From assembly GCA_943788915.1 (NCBI GenBank), contig CALSSD010000013.1:310001-370142 (forward strand): a stretch of DNA of 60,142 nt, in the 5' to 3' direction. Positions 21,340-31,450 of this stretch are shown here, piece by piece (position 1 is the first letter of the stretch; the number at the start of each line of letters is the position of its first letter). The notes beneath the pieces were generated by a model. The model was not told where the DNA came from. It searched no databases and worked only from the letters and a program-made list of their open reading frames with translations. Position numbers and translations under genes: made by a program. The DNA is from an uncultured Acidimicrobiales bacterium (GTDB lineage Bacteria > Actinomycetota > Acidimicrobiia > Acidimicrobiales > UBA10347).

Positions 21340-22453
21340 GGGCGTGCATCTCGATGAGGTCAGCAATGTCTGAAGCCGCGTGAGGGCGAGCCTGCTCACC
21401 AGCGCGCTCTGACATCTCGCGTAACTTCGCGTGATCACCCAGGAGTTCGTTGATCAGGCTCACCACCTTCGCGCCGTCGAGTTGAGCGTCGGGTACGAGT
21501 ACAGCGCCACCAGTCTGCGTGAGCGCTTCAGCGTTCTTGGTCTGGTGATCACCAGGTGCAGTCGGCAAGGGCACAAATACTGACGGGGTCGCTGTCTGCG
21601 CAATCTCACAGACCGATGTCGCACCTGATCGACAGATCACGAAATCGGCGGCCGCATAAACATCGTGCATGGCCCGTTCGTATCGAACCGGCTGATACTG
21701 CAACGACCCGTCGACTCTATGTGAGCCAAACAGTTCCCAGTCACGGTCACCAATGATGTGGCGCACCGCGACGTCGCTACGGTCGGCAAGCATTGTGGTC
21801 GCGTCGACCACCGCCTGGTTGATTCGCCGAGCCCCGAGTGACCCACCAAAGGCTGCGACGAGCTGACGGCCCGACGCTACACCGAGCCGATCCTTGGCCT
21901 CGGCTACCGCCATCTGGTTCGATCGGTCAACTTCAAGGATTGGCCCAAGCAACGGATTCCCGGTATGCACCTTTTTGGGCAACTCCGTCGAAGCAAAGGC
22001 AACAGCGCAGGCCTTGGCCCAACGGCTTCCAAATCGGTTCGCCGCCCCCGGGACCGTGTTCTGTTCGGTAACGATGATCGGTATGCGCAACGCTGCAGCA
22101 GCCTGGAGCGCAGGCAGACTGGCATAACCACCCACCGATACCACCACTGCGGGCGCAAGCCGACGCAGCGTGCGCCACGCCTGAAAACTTGCCAAGCCCA
22201 ACGCAGCAATCGACTTGACGTTCTCGAGGTTTATCGTGCGTTCGATCCCTCGGCCCGGCAATGCGGTCAGGGCATAACCTCGAGCGGGCACCAGTTCTGA
22301 TTCGAGACCGCGCGCGCTGCCCATGAAGTGAATCTCGTCTTTTGAACGGCCGCGGCTGACTAGTTCACCAGCAATTGCCAACGCCGGATGTACGTGTCCC
22401 GATGTCCCACCCCCGGCAATGACCGCCCAGACCTGACCGGCTCGGTCGTTCAT
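21332..22453 (-). CDS. murG: Undecaprenyldiphospho-muramoylpentapeptide beta-N-acetylglucosaminyltransferase
   Basis: GGGTSGHVHP, GGYAS, EQN, GGSLGA, RSGAT, HQTKNA. Confidence 0.96.
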   Translation of the reverse strand: MNDRAGQVWAVIAGGGTSGHVHPALAIAGELVSRGRSKDEIHFMGSARGLESELVPARGYALTALPGRGIERTINLENVKSIAALGLASFQAWRTLRRLAPAVVVSVGGYASLPALQAAAALRIPIIVTEQNTVPGAANRFGSRWAKACAVAFASTELPKKVHTGNPLLGPILEVDRSNQMAVAEAKDRLGVASGRQLVAAFGGSLGARRINQAVVDATTMLADRSDVAVRHIIGDRDWELFGSHRVDGSLQYQPVRYERAMHDVYAAADFVICRSGATSVCEIAQTATPSVFVPLPTAPGDHQTKNAEALTQTGGAVLVPDAQLDGAKVVSLINELLGDHAKLREMSERAGEQARPHAASDIADLIEMHARA

Positions 22454-23670
22454 CGTTCGATCTGTCTCGCCACGTTCAACACCACACCCATAGCCGCCAG
22501 GTTGACCATGAGCGACGAACCTCCCATGGATACAAACGGCAGGGTGACGCCACTGATCGGCAACATGTTGATTGCGGCGCCGATATTGATAAACGCCTGC
22601 ATGGCTATGGCGGTGGTGATGCCACCAGCAAGCAACATTCCCAGCCTGTCCGGCGCTGCGAACGCAACGCGCAAGCCGAACATCACGAGTCCGACATAGA
22701 AGAGGATGAGCATAAGTCCACCGATAAAGCCGAGTTCCTCGGCAAGAACACTGAAGATGAAGTCGGTGTGGGCCTCAGGTAAGAAACCCCACTTCGCCCG
22801 TCCGGAACCTAGTCCCACGCCATCGACCCCGCCAGATGCAACACCAACAAGCGACTGGACCGTCTGATAGCCGGCGCCATCGGGATCGTTGAACGGGTCA
22901 AACCAAGACTCGATGCGAGCGCGCCGGTACGGCGACGACATCGCAAACGCTGCAAATGCCGACACCAGCACAACCGTGACGGAACCCAACGACCAGATCG
23001 AAACGCCGCCGAGGTAGAGCAGAATCATGGCGACAGCCACGATGATGGTCGCCGTGCCCTGACTTGGCTGCAGCAACACAAGGCCGGCCAAGAAGAGGGA
23101 TACGAACATGACCGGAATCAATACCGCTCTGTTGTCGTGTGTGAGGTGAGCCCGGCGGGCGATGAGATCTGCGACGAATAATGCAAGCGCCAGCTTGGCG
23201 AACTCAGACGGTTGAATGGTGAACGGCCCAACACTCAGCCAACGGGTCGCACCATTGGCCGAGACTGCATGGCCACCTGGGACCAACAGTGCAACAAGCA
23301 TGACTGTCGCCCCGGTCATCATCACCGGAGCGAATCGGGCGACATCACGGTAGTCCAGGCGCATCAGAACGCCCATGGCAAGCAAACCAATCACCGCCCA
23401 CATTCCTTGGCGCTGCAGATGGAACCACGGGGAGCCGTTCACTTGCAGCCCAGTAACGGTTGATGCCGATAGCACCATGATGAGGCCGACAAAAGTCAGT
23501 GCGAGCGTCAGCAGCAGAAGAACTGCAAACTCGATGGTGCGCCTGCCAGCGACCATGCTGGGGTGCCGCAACGGACGTAACGATGACATCACGCCTTTGG
23601 TGGCGAGTTTCTTCACGGAACGGTCTGTTGTTCGAGTTGCCGCTCGTCGGCTACTACGGGTTGCCGTCAT
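22450..23670 (-). CDS. ftsW: Peptidoglycan glycosyltransferase FtsW
   Basis: NGATRW, QPSEFAK, LPEAHTDFIF, LPFVSMGGSS; ATGA overlap with murD. Confidence 0.95.
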   Translation of the reverse strand: MTATRSSRRAATRTTDRSVKKLATKGVMSSLRPLRHPSMVAGRRTIEFAVLLLLTLALTFVGLIMVLSASTVTGLQVNGSPWFHLQRQGMWAVIGLLAMGVLMRLDYRDVARFAPVMMTGATVMLVALLVPGGHAVSANGATRWLSVGPFTIQPSEFAKLALALFVADLIARRAHLTHDNRAVLIPVMFVSLFLAGLVLLQPSQGTATIIVAVAMILLYLGGVSIWSLGSVTVVLVSAFAAFAMSSPYRRARIESWFDPFNDPDGAGYQTVQSLVGVASGGVDGVGLGSGRAKWGFLPEAHTDFIFSVLAEELGFIGGLMLILFYVGLVMFGLRVAFAAPDRLGMLLAGGITTAIAMQAFINIGAAINMLPISGVTLPFVSMGGSSLMVNLAAMGVVLNVARQIER

Positions 23671-25004
23671 GATGGCGTGCCTTGAGTGAGTCGGGCCCGA
23701 ACGATCCGGGCGAAGTCTTGGCCCCGATGGGCATACGAGCGGTACCAATCAAAAGATGCGCAGGCTGGCGACAGCAGAACCACATCACCGGGCGATGCGG
23801 CCTTGGCTGCTTGTGAGATTGCCTCATGCATAGAAGTAGCAATGGTGACAGGCACTCGGCCCGTAAATGCGGATTCAATGTCGGATGCCGCATCGCCGAT
23901 AGCGACAACATGGGTGATGCGATCGATGTGGGCCAACATGTTGTCAAACGCGAGGCCCTTGTTCTTCCCGCCAGCGAGTAACACGATCGAGTCAAATCCG
24001 CCCAACGCTGCGGCTGCTGCATGGGGTGTGGTTGCCTTGGAGTCATTGATGTACCGGACGCCGTCGATTTCGGCGATGAACTCGACCCGATGCTCCAGCC
24101 CGGTGAAGCTGCGCAACACGTGGGCGACCGAGTCTGGGGTTGCGCCAACCCGCATCGCGGTGGCAGAAGCAGCCAGACCATTCAAAATGTCGTGGGGCAT
24201 AGCGCGCCCGAGTTCGTCGATTGCGAGTAGTTCATGAGTCCCGCTTACGAGGACTCCGTCGATCACTCCATGGTCGACCGCCGTTCTGGGTGCGCCCGCC
24301 CCGAATGTCTCCGTGTCACCTGCCACCAGGGTGTTCGCATGACGGGCCACCACTGGGTCGTCGCGATTGGCTACAGCCAGCGCTCCCGGCTGCAGTTCTC
24401 GCCATATGGCCGCCTTCGCCGTTTCGTAGGCGGCGAGGTCTCGGTGCGCGTCGAGATGGTCAGGTCCGAAGTTGAGCCAGGTGCCGACTGCGGGAGAGAA
24501 GTGTTGACTGTGACCCAGTCGAAACGAGGACGCTTCGACGACAAAAACATCGGTCGTTGGATCATCAATCGCCTCGACCCACGGTGTGTCGGTATTACCG
24601 ACGGCCCTGGCTGCAATCCCTGAGTGCTCGAGCATCCGTTCAATGAGTGTGACCACGGTGGTTTTGCCGTCCGTTCCGGTGACGGCGACTACCGGGCGGT
24701 CGTCCCAGCCTGCAGCGAGATCAAACTCGCTCATGACCGGCACGCCAGCCTCGGCAGCAGCACCGAAGATGGGATGATGGTCTGGCACACCAGGAGCGGG
24801 AAGCACGCCGTCGACGCCGCGTAAAAGTGCCGCTATGTCAACCGTTGCGGGGGCATGAACCGACACACCATGGTCAGCTGTCCACGACAACAAATCGTCA
24901 GAGATTCGGTCGTCGAGGGCGATCACATCGATATCACGGCGCTGCAAGGCCGTGGTCACAGCCCGACCCGTTATTCCCATTCCCATCACCATCATCCGAC
25001 GCAT
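23667..25004 (-). CDS. murD: UDP-N-acetylmuramoyl-L-alanine--D-glutamate ligase
   Basis: TGTDGKTT, EASSFRL, DHLD, NDSKAT, LSPACASFD. Confidence 0.96.
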   Translation of the reverse strand: MRRMMVMGMGITGRAVTTALQRRDIDVIALDDRISDDLLSWTADHGVSVHAPATVDIAALLRGVDGVLPAPGVPDHHPIFGAAAEAGVPVMSEFDLAAGWDDRPVVAVTGTDGKTTVVTLIERMLEHSGIAARAVGNTDTPWVEAIDDPTTDVFVVEASSFRLGHSQHFSPAVGTWLNFGPDHLDAHRDLAAYETAKAAIWRELQPGALAVANRDDPVVARHANTLVAGDTETFGAGAPRTAVDHGVIDGVLVSGTHELLAIDELGRAMPHDILNGLAASATAMRVGATPDSVAHVLRSFTGLEHRVEFIAEIDGVRYINDSKATTPHAAAAALGGFDSIVLLAGGKNKGLAFDNMLAHIDRITHVVAIGDAASDIESAFTGRVPVTIATSMHEAISQAAKAASPGDVVLLSPACASFDWYRSYAHRGQDFARIVRARLTQGTPS

Positions 25005-26041
25005 TACTCAACAGCGCCTGGAATGGAAAGAAAGTCGGCGTAGAAGATGCCCAGTGCCATAGCCGCGGCAAACCCTGCGAGCAGCCAGAAACGAATGATG
25101 ACGCGTGTCTCGGGCCAACCGAGCATCTCGAAATGGTGATGAATCGGTGCGATCAGGAAGACCCGCTTACCGGTGCGCTTAAACACTCCGACCTGGATGA
25201 TGACCGACATCGTTTCGGCCACGAACAGCGCACCCAAGATCGGCAACAACAGATGCGTGTTGGTCGCGAGCGCTAACGCAGCGAGGCCGGCGCCAAGGCC
25301 CAGCGATCCGGTATCGCCCATGAAGATCTGAGCTGGGGCTGCGTTCCACCACAGGAACCCTGCACACGCGCCAACGCCGCCGGCTGCGACCACGGCCAGG
25401 TCAAGGGCATGTTCCACCTGATAGATCTCAGGGTTACCGAACATCCAAAACGCCATTGCAGTGAACGTTGCGAATGCAAAAAGCGCCGCGCCGCTTGCGA
25501 GGCCATCGGCGCCGTCGGTCAGGTTCACGCTGTTACTTGTGGCCACGATCATCAGCACTGCCAAGACGCACCAACCAACGGGGCCGAGATCGATACCGAT
25601 CGAATCCCAACGAGTGAACGAGATCTGGGTCTGCACGTCGGTGAGTGTGACCATCAACACCGCGAACAAGGTCGCTACGGTGAACTGCCCTGCCATCTTG
25701 GCCCGGGCTCTGAGACCAAGGTTACGTTCGCGCTTGACCTTGATCCAGTCGTCTAGGAATCCAACAGCCGCTGAGCCCACGATCGCAAAGATCACCAGAA
25801 GCCCGCTGCGGGTGTAAATCCCGTTGTAGAGATCGCTCACCATGTAGGCGATAACGATTCCGGCGATCAGTGCAATGCCGCCCATCGTGGGCGTACCGAC
25901 CTTGGTCTCTCGGTGTAACTGAACGCCATCTTCTTGAATTGGTTGAGAAAAGCTGTGGGTGGTGAACCAGCCGATTAGGAAACGAGTACCGATGAGCGAC
26001 ACCACCAGTCCGACTGCGGTTGCGATGAGGAGTCTGATCAT
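25004..26041 (-). CDS. mraY: Phospho-N-acetylmuramoyl-pentapeptide transferase
   Basis: KVGTPTMGG, NLTDGADGL, FMGDTGS, APIHHHFE. Confidence 0.97.
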   Translation of the reverse strand: MIRLLIATAVGLVVSLIGTRFLIGWFTTHSFSQPIQEDGVQLHRETKVGTPTMGGIALIAGIVIAYMVSDLYNGIYTRSGLLVIFAIVGSAAVGFLDDWIKVKRERNLGLRARAKMAGQFTVATLFAVLMVTLTDVQTQISFTRWDSIGIDLGPVGWCVLAVLMIVATSNSVNLTDGADGLASGAALFAFATFTAMAFWMFGNPEIYQVEHALDLAVVAAGGVGACAGFLWWNAAPAQIFMGDTGSLGLGAGLAALALATNTHLLLPILGALFVAETMSVIIQVGVFKRTGKRVFLIAPIHHHFEMLGWPETRVIIRFWLLAGFAAAMALGIFYADFLSIPGAVE

Positions 26042-27471
26042 GTGTTGTCTGCCTCGAGCAGGTCGGATGCGACGTGTACGTCGTCGAATGGAAGCACATC
26101 GGTGCCGATCGTTTGCGTCTTTTCGTGACCTTTGCCGGCGATGAGCACCACGTCACCCGCAGCAGCATCGATGATGGCACGCTTGATGGCTGCCTTTCGG
26201 TCAGGCTCGATCACCACGGTGGCAGGTGCGGTAAAGCCTGTGAGCGCGTCGTTGATGATGGCCATGGGTTCTTCGGATCGAGGATTGTCACTCGTCAGAT
26301 AAACACGATCGGCGCCAGCTTCTGCTGCTGCGGCCATGAGTGGACGTTTCTTCCGGTCGCGATCGCCGCCGCACCCGAACACAATGGAGAGCCGAGCACC
26401 GGGAGCTACGGCTCGCAACGTGGCGAGCGCGACCTCGATACTGTCGGGGGTGTGTGAGTAGTCAACGACAACTGTCGGTCGCTCATCGTTAGTTGCCCCA
26501 ACCGTCTGCATACGACCGGGCACGGAAGCCGCATCGGCAAGGCCGGTGACGATTTGAGTCTCGCTCAGTCCGAGCAGGCGAGCCGCCTCGGCTGCCATAA
26601 GTGCGTTAGCAACGTTCATCCGGCCGGGCAAGGGCACCCAGGTTTCATGGTTTCGCCATGTGAAGCGGGTCCCAGCGAGCGACTCGTGATGGATCCTGAT
26701 GTCGTCCAACGACACGCGAACTGCGTCCGGTCGTTCGTCAGCCAGACGCACGCCCCATGGATCGTCGACGTTGATGATCTCCGCTTGGGCTCGACCGTCG
26801 AAGAGTTGCTTCTTGGCCTCGAAGTACGCATCCATGGTGCGGTGGTAGTCAAGGTGGTCTGGTGTGAGATTTGAGAACGCGGCGACCGCAAACTGGGTGG
26901 CGTCGACCCGGCCCTGATCGAGTGCATGCGAGCTGACTTCGAGCGCGATCACGTCGCCGCCGTCGTCGACCAGAGAACGGAATTGGCGTTGGAGATCGGG
27001 ACTCTCTGGTGTGGTGTGCACGCCGCCGAGCGTGCCGATCACGGCACACCGTCGGCCCGCTGAGTTCACGATGCTGTGAAGCAACTGGGTGGTCGTGGTT
27101 TTGCCATTCGTGCCGGTTATCCCGAAGACGGCAAGGGATCTACTCGGGTGCCCATGCACAATCGCTGCAGCGTGGGCCATTGTCTGGCGGACGCTCTCTG
27201 TCAGAATCTGCGGCCGATCGGTCTGGACCGCATGTTGTACGAGCACAGCTTCAGCACCTTGTGCTAACGCAGCGTCGACAAAGTCGTGACCATCGACGGT
27301 CAGGCCAGGCACGGCACAAAAGATCGCACCCGGAGCGGCCGCGCGTGAATCGTGCACAACATCGGTGATCTCGACATTGCGGGTCGCCGGGTTACGAGTC
27401 GGGTCTGCAAATCCCGTCGGACCGAGAGACACAACCGAGGCGAGTTCGCGAACTAGTTCCTCGAACCGCAT
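26038..27471 (-). CDS. murE: UDP-N-acetylmuramoyl-L-alanyl-D-glutamate--2,6-diaminopimelate ligase
   Basis: TGTNGKTTT, TTPES, EVSSHAL, DYSHTPD, DNPR (DAP-specificity motif), AGKGHE. Confidence 0.96.
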   Translation of the reverse strand: MRFEELVRELASVVSLGPTGFADPTRNPATRNVEITDVVHDSRAAAPGAIFCAVPGLTVDGHDFVDAALAQGAEAVLVQHAVQTDRPQILTESVRQTMAHAAAIVHGHPSRSLAVFGITGTNGKTTTTQLLHSIVNSAGRRCAVIGTLGGVHTTPESPDLQRQFRSLVDDGGDVIALEVSSHALDQGRVDATQFAVAAFSNLTPDHLDYHRTMDAYFEAKKQLFDGRAQAEIINVDDPWGVRLADERPDAVRVSLDDIRIHHESLAGTRFTWRNHETWVPLPGRMNVANALMAAEAARLLGLSETQIVTGLADAASVPGRMQTVGATNDERPTVVVDYSHTPDSIEVALATLRAVAPGARLSIVFGCGGDRDRKKRPLMAAAAEAGADRVYLTSDNPRSEEPMAIINDALTGFTAPATVVIEPDRKAAIKRAIIDAAAGDVVLIAGKGHEKTQTIGTDVLPFDDVHVASDLLEADNT

Positions 27472-27472
27472 A

Positions 27473-29509
27473 TCAGCCCTCGGGCTCCAACTCAAAGCTG
27501 TCGCCTGCGCCACCATCGCCCTGCCCCTCTGGTTCGACGCCCACGGGAGCAGCTGCAGGTGCGGCTGGGTCAGGAGCGGCTGGGCTTGCGACCGCAAGCG
27601 TGGCGACTTCGCTTACGACACGTTCCTGAGCACCAGGCGCAGCAAATTGGGGTTTAACAAAAGCCTGACCGGCAGCGATCGCTGGAGGCGGGGCAATGCC
27701 AAAATGGCGCACGGCGTAGGAGGCGATGTCGGCAAACGCCGGTGCGGAAACGTGCCCGGCATAGATCGACGCAGTCGGCTGGTCGATCGTCACGATAATG
27801 GACAGCTCCGGTTCATCTGCAGGCAAGAAACCCGCGAAGGTTGTGATGTAGCGAAAGTTGCCGGCGCCATCTTCGTAACCCTGACCGCTATCAAGCGGCT
27901 TGCGAGCAGTTCCCGTCTTGCCTGCGACGCGGTACCCGTCAACCTGTGCATTCACGCCGGTGCCGACCGCCACAGCGCTTTCGAGCATGTTCCGGACCTG
28001 GCCGGCAGCATTCGGTGAGATCACCTGACGTGCTTCAGGAATCGGCGGCACCTCGTGCGTTCCATCGGATCGTACGACTTCGCGAACCATCTGTAATGGG
28101 ACGTACACACCGTCGTTTGCGATCGTGTTGTACGCGGCCAGCATCTGCGCTGGCGTCACAGAGATGCCCTGACCCAAGGCGGTGGTCGCTGTTGCCAGAC
28201 CACCCCAGCTATCTGGCGGGATCATCAAGCCTGCGGTTTCGCCGGGGAAACCGAGATTCGCCGGCGACCCAAATCCAAAATCTCGCAGATACGTATCTAG
28301 GCGTGTGCCGCCGAGTTGTTCGGCCCAGCGGACGGTGCCGACGTTTGACGAGACGGTAATGATGTCGGCGACCGACATCTCGTAGGTGGGGTGTGGCGAC
28401 GAGTCCGTGAACGTGTAGTCCCGCAACTCATAGGAGTCAGGCACAACCGACATGGAGCTGCTGTCAGCGATCCCCGCATCGATGATCGAACCGAAGGTCA
28501 TCGCTTTCATGACTGAACCCGGCTCGTACGACCACGAGGTCGCCATGTTGAGCGACGTGCTCACGATCTCGCTTTCGTCGTTGCGGATAACGCTGGCCAT
28601 CGCCAGGATCTCGCCGGTGGTGGGGTCAGACACCATTGCGACGCCCCCCTTGCCACCCATTGCTTGGACCTGCTCTGCGAGCACTCGCTCTACTTCGAAT
28701 TGGAGGGAGCGGTCGATCGTCAGGACGACATCGGCTCCCGGAATCGGGTGGCGGCTGACTTCGCGCTGGCCGGGAATAGTTGGACCACCGCGGCCGATCT
28801 CAAGGGACAACTCGCCGGGCTGACCCGTGAGCACATCGTCGTAGATCTTCTCAATACCGCTTACGCCAATGCTGTCGACGTCGACGTTACCGATCACCGA
28901 GCGAGCTAATGCCGCACCAGACGGTTGGAAACGATCGGGTTCCGTTGTGGTGAAAACGCCAGGAATGTCGAGCGCAAGGATCTCTGCCGCTTTGGCTTCG
29001 GTGGTCTGACGACTGAGCCACGCGAACCTGCCCGAGCTGCCGAGCAACGCCCGTACATCCTCGATCGGCATGTTCAGCACTGGGGCAAGTCGCACCGCAT
29101 CGCCGATGGGATCCTCGACGAACTTGGGATCGATGAAGAACGATGTGCTCGGCAGGGATGTCGCCAGCGAGTTTCCGTTTCGATCAAGGATGTCGCCCCG
29201 CCCTCCAGCCAGTTGGACCGTGCGGAAACGTTGTTGACGGCCGATCTCCACGTATTCCTCGGCGTTGCGCAGCTGGAGTTCGACTAACCGATAGGTCAGC
29301 CCACCTGCAAGTAGGGTCATGACCAGCATCACGCCGAGAAGGCGCCACTTCGGATGAGGTATCGCGTGCGTGCCATTTTGGGCGCTTCCTCGGATAGCGC
29401 CCTGGCGGCGACCGTGATGAGGCGGCCGGCCAGGGCGCTCCGGCCGGCTCTGTGGCGTGGATCGGTTTCGTGGCGCGCGCGACTTCGGGTCCCGGATACG
29501 TGTACTCAC
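27473..29509 (-). CDS. ftsI: Class B penicillin-binding protein FtsI/PBP3
   Basis: RGDILDRNG, EPGSVMK (SxxK), SSN (SxN), KTGT. Confidence 0.95.
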   Translation of the reverse strand: MSTRIRDPKSRAPRNRSTPQSRPERPGRPPHHGRRQGAIRGSAQNGTHAIPHPKWRLLGVMLVMTLLAGGLTYRLVELQLRNAEEYVEIGRQQRFRTVQLAGGRGDILDRNGNSLATSLPSTSFFIDPKFVEDPIGDAVRLAPVLNMPIEDVRALLGSSGRFAWLSRQTTEAKAAEILALDIPGVFTTTEPDRFQPSGAALARSVIGNVDVDSIGVSGIEKIYDDVLTGQPGELSLEIGRGGPTIPGQREVSRHPIPGADVVLTIDRSLQFEVERVLAEQVQAMGGKGGVAMVSDPTTGEILAMASVIRNDESEIVSTSLNMATSWSYEPGSVMKAMTFGSIIDAGIADSSSMSVVPDSYELRDYTFTDSSPHPTYEMSVADIITVSSNVGTVRWAEQLGGTRLDTYLRDFGFGSPANLGFPGETAGLMIPPDSWGGLATATTALGQGISVTPAQMLAAYNTIANDGVYVPLQMVREVVRSDGTHEVPPIPEARQVISPNAAGQVRNMLESAVAVGTGVNAQVDGYRVAGKTGTARKPLDSGQGYEDGAGNFRYITTFAGFLPADEPELSIIVTIDQPTASIYAGHVSAPAFADIASYAVRHFGIAPPPAIAAGQAFVKPQFAAPGAQERVVSEVATLAVASPAAPDPAAPAAAPVGVEPEGQGDGGAGDSFELEPEG

Positions 29510-29949
29510 CCGTTATCTCGCAGTTGGTTTGCAGCGATGCTCAAGGTGCGTTCATCGAGTGTTGCTCCGGGTGCCGTCAGGTACTCAATCGAGGGTGCTT
29601 CGATCATGCCGAGCGCACGAGCCTCGTCGACGATCCGGGCCGGGGCCTCCAGTTCGGCAAGCTCAGAGCGCATACCTTCCGTGTCCGCTGCGATGCGCAC
29701 AATATCGTTGCGTTGCGAGTCGAGATCTCGCTGGTTCTCGATGATCGTCGCATGGAGCACCAAAGCGCCGACCAGCCCGACGATGAACGTGACCAGCACG
29801 GTCGTTCCGAGAAATCGCAGGATTCGCGTTGCGGTGTCGAGGCGACCTTCGATGACCCCGAAGTCCCGTTTGGTTCGTGGTTCTTGGTGCCCGCCCGGGG
29901 CGGCGGTCAGTCGTGCGGTTGCGGCCGTTGTCCCTGTGTCTTGCGCCAT
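29506..29949 (-). CDS. ftsL: FtsL-like cell division protein
   Basis: One TM helix, coiled coil, ELEAPARIVDEARALGM; lies between rsmH and ftsI. Confidence 0.75.
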   Translation of the reverse strand: MAQDTGTTAATARLTAAPGGHQEPRTKRDFGVIEGRLDTATRILRFLGTTVLVTFIVGLVGALVLHATIIENQRDLDSQRNDIVRIAADTEGMRSELAELEAPARIVDEARALGMIEAPSIEYLTAPGATLDERTLSIAANQLRDNG

Positions 29950-29950
29950 G

Positions 29951-30883
29951 TTAGATCCGTTCGAAACAGCGAAGCAACGCGCTCGAGCTGCGGGGATTCG
30001 TGTCCTTTTCGTCTTGGGTTGCCCGACGGAGCTTGGGTGCGAGTGGCCGGGCTTTGTGGTCGGCGCCGCACCCGCACGGCAGCCGTGGTGGGCACTCACA
30101 GCCGCCAGTTTCGGCGAGTGCAATCGCCTTTTTCACCAGTCGGTCTTCACCGGAGTGGTAGGAGAGCACTGCTCCCCGACCATTCGTGACAAGCAGGTCG
30201 ATGGCGTCACCAACAGCCCGCGGGATTTGTGCAAGTTCATCGTTCACTGCAATACGCAATGCTTGGAATGTTCGTTTCGCGGGATGACCGCCGGTTCGGC
30301 GGGTGGCCGCTGGGATCGCGGCAGTCACAATCTCTGCCAGTTTCGCTGTTGTTGCGATGGGCCGGTTATCGATCAATCGGGCAGCAATGCGAGAAGCAAA
30401 TCGCTCATCAGCAGCATCTCGAAGCAGCCGAGTCAGGTCTTGGTGCGACCAAGTGTTCACGATCTCGGCGGCGGTCAACGAATCGTCTTGATTCATCCGC
30501 ATATCAAGGGGGGCGTCGTACCGATAGCTGAATCCGCGTTCGCCGTCGTCAAACTGGGGCGAACTCACACCAAGGTCGAAAAGCACGCCAGTAATTGGGC
30601 CATGGGGTTCGCACCCTGCGACCAATTCGGCAATGGCATCAAAACGTCCAGCAACAACCGTGGCCCGATCACCAAAACGTTCCAGTCGTTTTGACGCTGC
30701 CGCTCGAGCGACTGGGTCGCGATCGATTCCGATGAGCGACATGTCGTCACGCTGCTCAAGCAGTGCCGTTGCGTGGCCGGCGCCGCCAAGTGTGGCGTCT
30801 ACGTAGACGCCGGTCGGAACCTGCCCTAAAACGTCAACAATTTCACTAAGCATGACTGATTCATGTTGAAAAGACTGTGTCAT
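29951..30883 (-). CDS. rsmH: 16S rRNA m4C1402 methyltransferase
   Basis: HESVM, DATLGGAGH, DLGVSSPQFD, RGFSY, FQALRIAVN, SYHSGEDR, NPRSSSA. Confidence 0.97.
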   Translation of the reverse strand: MTQSFQHESVMLSEIVDVLGQVPTGVYVDATLGGAGHATALLEQRDDMSLIGIDRDPVARAAASKRLERFGDRATVVAGRFDAIAELVAGCEPHGPITGVLFDLGVSSPQFDDGERGFSYRYDAPLDMRMNQDDSLTAAEIVNTWSHQDLTRLLRDAADERFASRIAARLIDNRPIATTAKLAEIVTAAIPAATRRTGGHPAKRTFQALRIAVNDELAQIPRAVGDAIDLLVTNGRGAVLSYHSGEDRLVKKAIALAETGGCECPPRLPCGCGADHKARPLAPKLRRATQDEKDTNPRSSSALLRCFERI

Positions 30884-31035
30884 GACGCAATCGCGCCTTC
30901 ACTGCGCTCGGAGCGCTCTGCGGATGTCATGACGCAATCGCGCCTTCACTGCGCTCGGAGCGCTCTGCGGATGTCATGACGCAATCGCGCCTTCACTGCG
31001 CTCGGAGCGCTCTGCGGATGTCACGACGCAATCGC
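30879..31035. repeat. 47-bp tandem repeat (3 identical copies plus a partial fourth), each unit a 16-aa mini-ORF on the minus strand
   Basis: Unit gtcatgacgcaatcgcgccttcactgcgctcggagcgctctgcggat at 30879, 30926 and 30973; partial copy at 31020. Confidence 0.95.
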
Positions 31036-31450
31036 CTGGGACAGTGGTGAAACCAGTCCAAGCGACGGAGGACCGGGCAGTTGGCGAAGGGACGAGCCGA
31101 CACTCCCCCACCAACTCCATGTGCGGCGAACGCCAGCCCGAGCGGAGCGGCGAAATACGGATCGGCCAATCGGCCGTTCCCCGAAGAACTAGTGTCTTCC
31201 CGGTTTTGTCTCCAGGATAGACTCGATGGCAAGCGGGCGGAGTAGGGGCTCTCCATCGTGTCCTTCGAGGAACGGCCCATGGGCCGCGATCCTCGCATTC
31301 GAAGCATGGCTCCGATTTGGCTTCTTTGCTGGGTGTCGGTGTGTGCGCTAGTGATGAATCCTTGTTGGTCGTGATGAGGTTGGGACTCGAGATCGGCGAT
31401 GGCCCGGTCGACAGATCGCCCCAAGCGGAGCGACGGCGTGACGGCGAGCA

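Noticed and set aside
29354..30694. 446-aa plus-strand ORF and similar long antisense ORFs
   Set aside because: These are shadow ORFs opposite well-supported genes (ftsL, rsmH), expected at high GC, with no recognisable motifs.
30879..31035. 47-bp repeat as a CRISPR array
   Set aside because: The units are head-to-tail with no unique spacers, and there are no cas genes in the window.
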